Shown piece after piece: positions 60,756-64,000 of a stretch of 64,000 nucleotides of DNA. A program made the translations under genes and the position numbers. Each line of letters starts with the position of its first letter. Position 1 is the stretch's first letter. Source of the stretch: an uncultured bacterium (GTDB lineage Bacteria; Fidelibacterota; Marinisomatia; Marinisomatales; UBA1611); the NCBI GenBank assembly GCA_913020665.1, contig CAJVZI010000003.1, positions 6,122 through 70,121 of the forward strand, in the 5' to 3' direction. The notes beneath the pieces are model-generated. The model was given only the letters and a program-made list of their open reading frames with translations, made no database searches and was not told the origin of the DNA.

Positions 60756-61988
60756 CTATTTAAATTTTTCGCCAGAGGCTGCCATCTGCTTCAATAATTT
60801 TGGAGCCTTGAATCTCTTTCCATATTGTTCTTCTAGCTTATTTGATCTTTCCACAAATCTTTTAATTCCATACTCATTTACAAAGCTCAATATCCCACCA
60901 GTATTTTTTGGAAAACCCCAACCTAAAATACTTCCGGTATTTGCATCCTCGTAAGAGCAGATAATTTCCTCTTCAAAACAACGGATGGTTTCTAAAGCCT
61001 GAGAAAAGTAAAATCTATCTATAATATCTATTTCTAAAATGGGAATATTTGATATAGAAAAATAATTTTTTAACTCCTCCCATAGATATTTTTTTTCATT
61101 TACAGGGTATTCATAGAAACCAGCTCCATTTGAGCGACCAGTTCTTTTTAATTTTGACACCATAAGATCGATCACTTTGTCCCAAGGTTCATCGGAAGAG
61201 CTTTTTGTTTTATCCGAGTATTTTCTAATTTGACCACTTATGTGGGATGCGAGGTTGATACTTATCTCATCCAAAATAGCCAGTGGCCCTACAGGATAAC
61301 CCGCTTTTTTTGCAAGCTTTTCAATAGCAAATGGGTCAACACCTTCGTATAGCATAGCCATTCCCTCATTTGTGTAACATTGGAATACCCTCGTTGTAAA
61401 GAATCCTGGACCATCATTGACAACGATTGGCTGCTTGCCAATTAGTTTTACAAAATCTAGGGCAGTGGATAAAGAATCATTACTTGTTTTATCTCCTTTG
61501 ATCAACTCAACTAATTTCATTTTGTTTACAGGAGAGAAAAAGTGAATCCCAATAAACCTTTCTTCTCTAGTAATTGCTTTAGATAGTATACTAATAGGGA
61601 TAGTAGATGTGTTTGAGGCGAAAACTCCATCTTTAGATAAAAATTTACTTGTGTTTGATATGACGGAGTCTTTCAAGTCTTTATCTTCATAGACCGCCTC
61701 AATGATAATGTCACAACCATCTAACATATTATAATCATCACTAATGATAATACGGTTTATGGAAGATTGAAATTTCTCGTTTGATATGTTTTCTTTTTTT
61801 AAATCATTATGCAATATAGTTTTAATTCTTTCTAGAGCATATTCTAGCTTTTCCATTGATGTATCGATCATTACTACTTCCAGGCCAGAGGTAGCAGCGG
61901 CATGTGTGATACCATGGCCCATAAGACCAGCACCTACAACACCTACTTTTTCTAACGATCTAATTGTGCCCTTATCAACCATAAACAA
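60756..61988 (-). CDS. 3-hydroxyacyl-CoA dehydrogenase (NAD-binding plus C-terminal domains)
   Basis: It shows KVGVVGAGLMGHGITHAAA, SNTSTIPI, GIHFFSPV and GPGFFTTR. Confidence 0.85.
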   Translation of the reverse strand: MFMVDKGTIRSLEKVGVVGAGLMGHGITHAAATSGLEVVMIDTSMEKLEYALERIKTILHNDLKKENISNEKFQSSINRIIISDDYNMLDGCDIIIEAVYEDKDLKDSVISNTSKFLSKDGVFASNTSTIPISILSKAITREERFIGIHFFSPVNKMKLVELIKGDKTSNDSLSTALDFVKLIGKQPIVVNDGPGFFTTRVFQCYTNEGMAMLYEGVDPFAIEKLAKKAGYPVGPLAILDEISINLASHISGQIRKYSDKTKSSSDEPWDKVIDLMVSKLKRTGRSNGAGFYEYPVNEKKYLWEELKNYFSISNIPILEIDIIDRFYFSQALETIRCFEEEIICSYEDANTGSILGWGFPKNTGGILSFVNEYGIKRFVERSNKLEEQYGKRFKAPKLLKQMAASGEKFK

Positions 61989-61996
61989 TAAATCAA

Positions 61997-62012
61997 AACT
62001 ATAATTATAGTT
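61997..62012. promoter_or_regulatory. perfect 16-bp palindrome AACTATAATTATAGTT directly upstream of the acyl-CoA operon
   Basis: The sequence is self-complementary and lies 9-24 nt upstream of the start codon at 61988 (minus strand). It contains TATAAT on both strands. Confidence 0.4.
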
Positions 62013-62084
62013 CTAAGCAAGGTCGTATGGAATTTCTTATATGAAGTTGTGTTTTAAAAGAGGACTTCGATAAAATAATATACA

Positions 62085-63467
62085 TTAAAAATTAGTTTGC
62101 AATCTTAATAGCATAACTCTGCCAAGTGAAGGGCCACCTATTATTTGTGTGTGACGATGGTTCAAAAGATTTGTTACAGTAAAGTTTGCCTTTAGAAACT
62201 TATTAAACTCATATCCAAGATGAATATCAAATAGTGTATATGGAGTGATATTCCCAAAATAAATACCAGAAGACCATTTGAACCCATCTACATATCTGGC
62301 GTTTATAGAACCCGTAATCGGCAACTTTCTAGAGTTGTATTGCAGTTTCATCCCCATTTTATGTCTGGGTGCATTGATCGGATCCATAGAGTTCGTTATG
62401 GGATTTAAAAATTCAGTCATTCCAAGATAAGAGTAGTTTGCGTCAATGGACCATTCTAGGTTTAATAATGCAGTTAGACTTGCATCAAAGCCCCACATAT
62501 CAACCTCTCCATAATTAATATACCCAACAACAACAGGAGGTGTATAACCTGGAATAGTATCCATCGCTGTTACTCCTTGAATTGCCCCGCGCCAATGATT
62601 GAAAGATTCATCATAATCCTCTCGGTCAGAAATATCATTATTTGATATATCTTCAATTGTATTTATAGTCCCATCTCCATCATAATCTGTTTCAAGGACT
62701 GATTTTTCAATTACGATCGGAGTGATGAAAGTAACCGGACTTACAAAACTACTATAGTGGCTGGTATACACATCTAGAGTTCCAAATAATAGGTTACTCA
62801 ACCTTCCTTTGTAGCCAAATTCCCATGTTCTTACGATCTCAGGTTTGATCTCAGGTAGATCTTTTACCTGTCTTCCATAAAAGCCTTCTATCTTTGGATC
62901 AGTTGAAGGGTAAAAATATATTGAGTTGCTCGTATCAACTGTTTCATATACACCCTCATATGGTTTATAATAATATGGATTACCAATGGAATCTCTTGGG
63001 AATACATATCCACCATCAGCTCCCTGAGCATAAACTTTAAATACAGAAACTCGTGTTACAAAAATATCTAAAAACAAAGCTTGATTGCTTGGTGTATTGA
63101 ATGCCTGTGCCCAGGTTAATCTAAAATTCTGATTCTCTTTTGGTCTATGTACAATACCAACTTTTGGAGAGATCTGAAGCCCATCACTACTATTAAAATT
63201 GAATTTCCAATCAAATGGACTATAGCCCATTCCATAGCCTTGGTTATTGAATTGAATTACATCCGTCAAGCGATCATGGGCATCAAGTCTAGTCGCTTGA
63301 ATGAATTCCCATTTTTTGTTTATCTTCCAGTTTAACTGATAATATGCACCCAATTCATTTACAGTATAACGATTATCTTCCGCTCTTTCATCAATACCTT
63401 CATCTATATTCTCATCAACCTTTCCATCTCCATCGTTATCGACCCCATCTGCATATGCGCGGTAAAG
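62085..63467 (-). pseudogene. TonB-dependent receptor, C-terminal beta-barrel portion only (5'-truncated; no plug, TonB box or signal peptide)
   Basis: It has a TBDR-type barrel ending in RLQTNF. The reading frame stays open upstream of the track start (..YADGVDNDGDGKVDENIDEG..) until a stop at 63468-63470, where sequence character changes. Confidence 0.65.
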
Positions 63468-63799
63468 TTATGACGATGGAAGCGATTTTCCCTGATGGCA
63501 CAAAGGAAGTTTTAAACCAAGTGAATAAATACGATCACAATTGGCAGATCGCCTACATCTATGAAGAAGATGCAAAACCATTATTGCCAACTGGCACTAT
63601 CCTTCAGTTCACTTCGGTATTCGATAACACTGCGAACAATCCAATTAATCCTGATCCCGAGCAGTGGGTTGTGTTCGGTCGTCGCGGAGTTGATGAAATG
63701 AGTCATGCCTGGGTAGGTATTACCTATATAAATGAAGAGCAGTATGCCCAAGCTGTCGCTGAAAAACGGGCGCGCCAGGAAACTTTAAGACTCGAATAG
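63447..63799 (+). CDS. C-terminal fragment of an unidentified protein (5'-truncated at the about 63.45-kb junction)
   Basis: Only the distal about 115 aa (HLHMRGKVMTMEAIFPDG ... DEMSHAW ... ) look protein-like. The upstream part of the ORF is a His-rich antisense shadow of the TBDR. This segment has higher GC and different Arg codons (CGT/CGC). Confidence 0.4.
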
Positions 63800-63810
63800 A
63801 GAAGAAAGCT

Positions 63811-64000
63811 ATGCAACCCAGATTGTTATTGCTGATCGCCATAGTATTTACACCCATGCTACACGGTCAGCAATTACAGCAGGCGAGCTATACTGAGTCA
63901 CAAGCCCAGTCCGGGGAATCGATTTACATCCAAAGCTGCGCCGCATGTCATTTGCCTGATTTAACCGGTTCTTTCGAAGCACCCGCACTTAACGACGCAA
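63811..64000 (+). CDS. cytochrome c domain protein, 3'-partial (runs off the window)
   Basis: It has a signal peptide (MQPRLLLLIAIVFTPML) followed by the heme-binding motif CAACH. Confidence 0.6.
   Translation, partial: MQPRLLLLIAIVFTPMLHGQQLQQASYTESQAQSGESIYIQSCAACHLPDLTGSFEAPALNDA

Noticed and set aside
63344-63446. The His-rich N-terminal part of ORF 63344-63799 (MHPIHLQYNDYLPLFHQYLHLYSHQPFHLHRYRP).
   Set aside because: This is the antisense reading of the Asp/Glu/Asn-rich segment of the TonB-dependent receptor. It is not a real metal-binding leader. Only the part downstream of about 63447 looks genuinely coding.

Overview
This is a 64-kb, AT-rich, densely coding bacterial segment with about 65 CDS. 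Hand counts of individual 60-nt lines give about 37-42% GC through 63.4 kb. Many genes have Shine-Dalgarno-like AGGAG sites and ATGA stop/start overlaps. The gene content suggests an uncultured marine FCB-group-like organism: a C25 peptidase, a GH109-like enzyme, a DUF5916 protein, a class II photolyase and dockerin-like tails. That taxonomic placement is a guess. I found no rRNA, tRNA, CRISPR array, transposase, integrase or recognisable defence genes.

The window falls into five blocks:
1. 1-18.4 kb, plus strand. A glycoprotein/glycan scavenging locus: LamG protein, GH29 fucosidase-PA14, GH109-like oxidoreductase, Na+/solute symporter, GHMP sugar kinase, nucleotidyltransferase, GH2 beta-galactosidase, GT2, gingipain-like C25 peptidase and a CBM9-like/DUF5916 outer-membrane protein.
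2. 19.1-36.2 kb, plus strand. A photo-oxidative-stress island. It contains a tightly packed 10-gene lipid-modification operon (DUF2878, START, lipocalin, FAD oxidoreductase, DUF1365, two CFA-synthase-like methyltransferases, desaturase, DUF1295, SOUL). It also contains a detox operon (VOC, SDR, glutathione peroxidase), two photolyase-family genes and a MerR/B12-binding-like regulator. A tandem 9-mer motif (AACGCTCAT x2) recurs in five intergenic sites of this island, and this is the most interesting signal in the window.
3. 36-47 kb. Sulfatase, CysQ-like phosphatase, O-methyltransferase, ThyX, fused E1 alpha/beta dehydrogenase, glutaryl-CoA dehydrogenase, metallophosphoesterase and glycosylasparaginase.
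4. 47-62 kb, mostly minus strand. BirA, split methylmalonyl-CoA-mutase large subunit, a DjlA-like protein and an acyl-CoA pathway operon containing an AtuA-like DUF1446-DUF4387 fusion.
5. 62-64 kb. A 5'-truncated TonB-dependent receptor abuts, at about 63.45 kb, a higher-GC fragment that carries a 5'-truncated ORF and a cytochrome c gene. This is either a breakpoint or an assembly chimera.

All functional calls come from motif and family recognition by eye. No searches were run.
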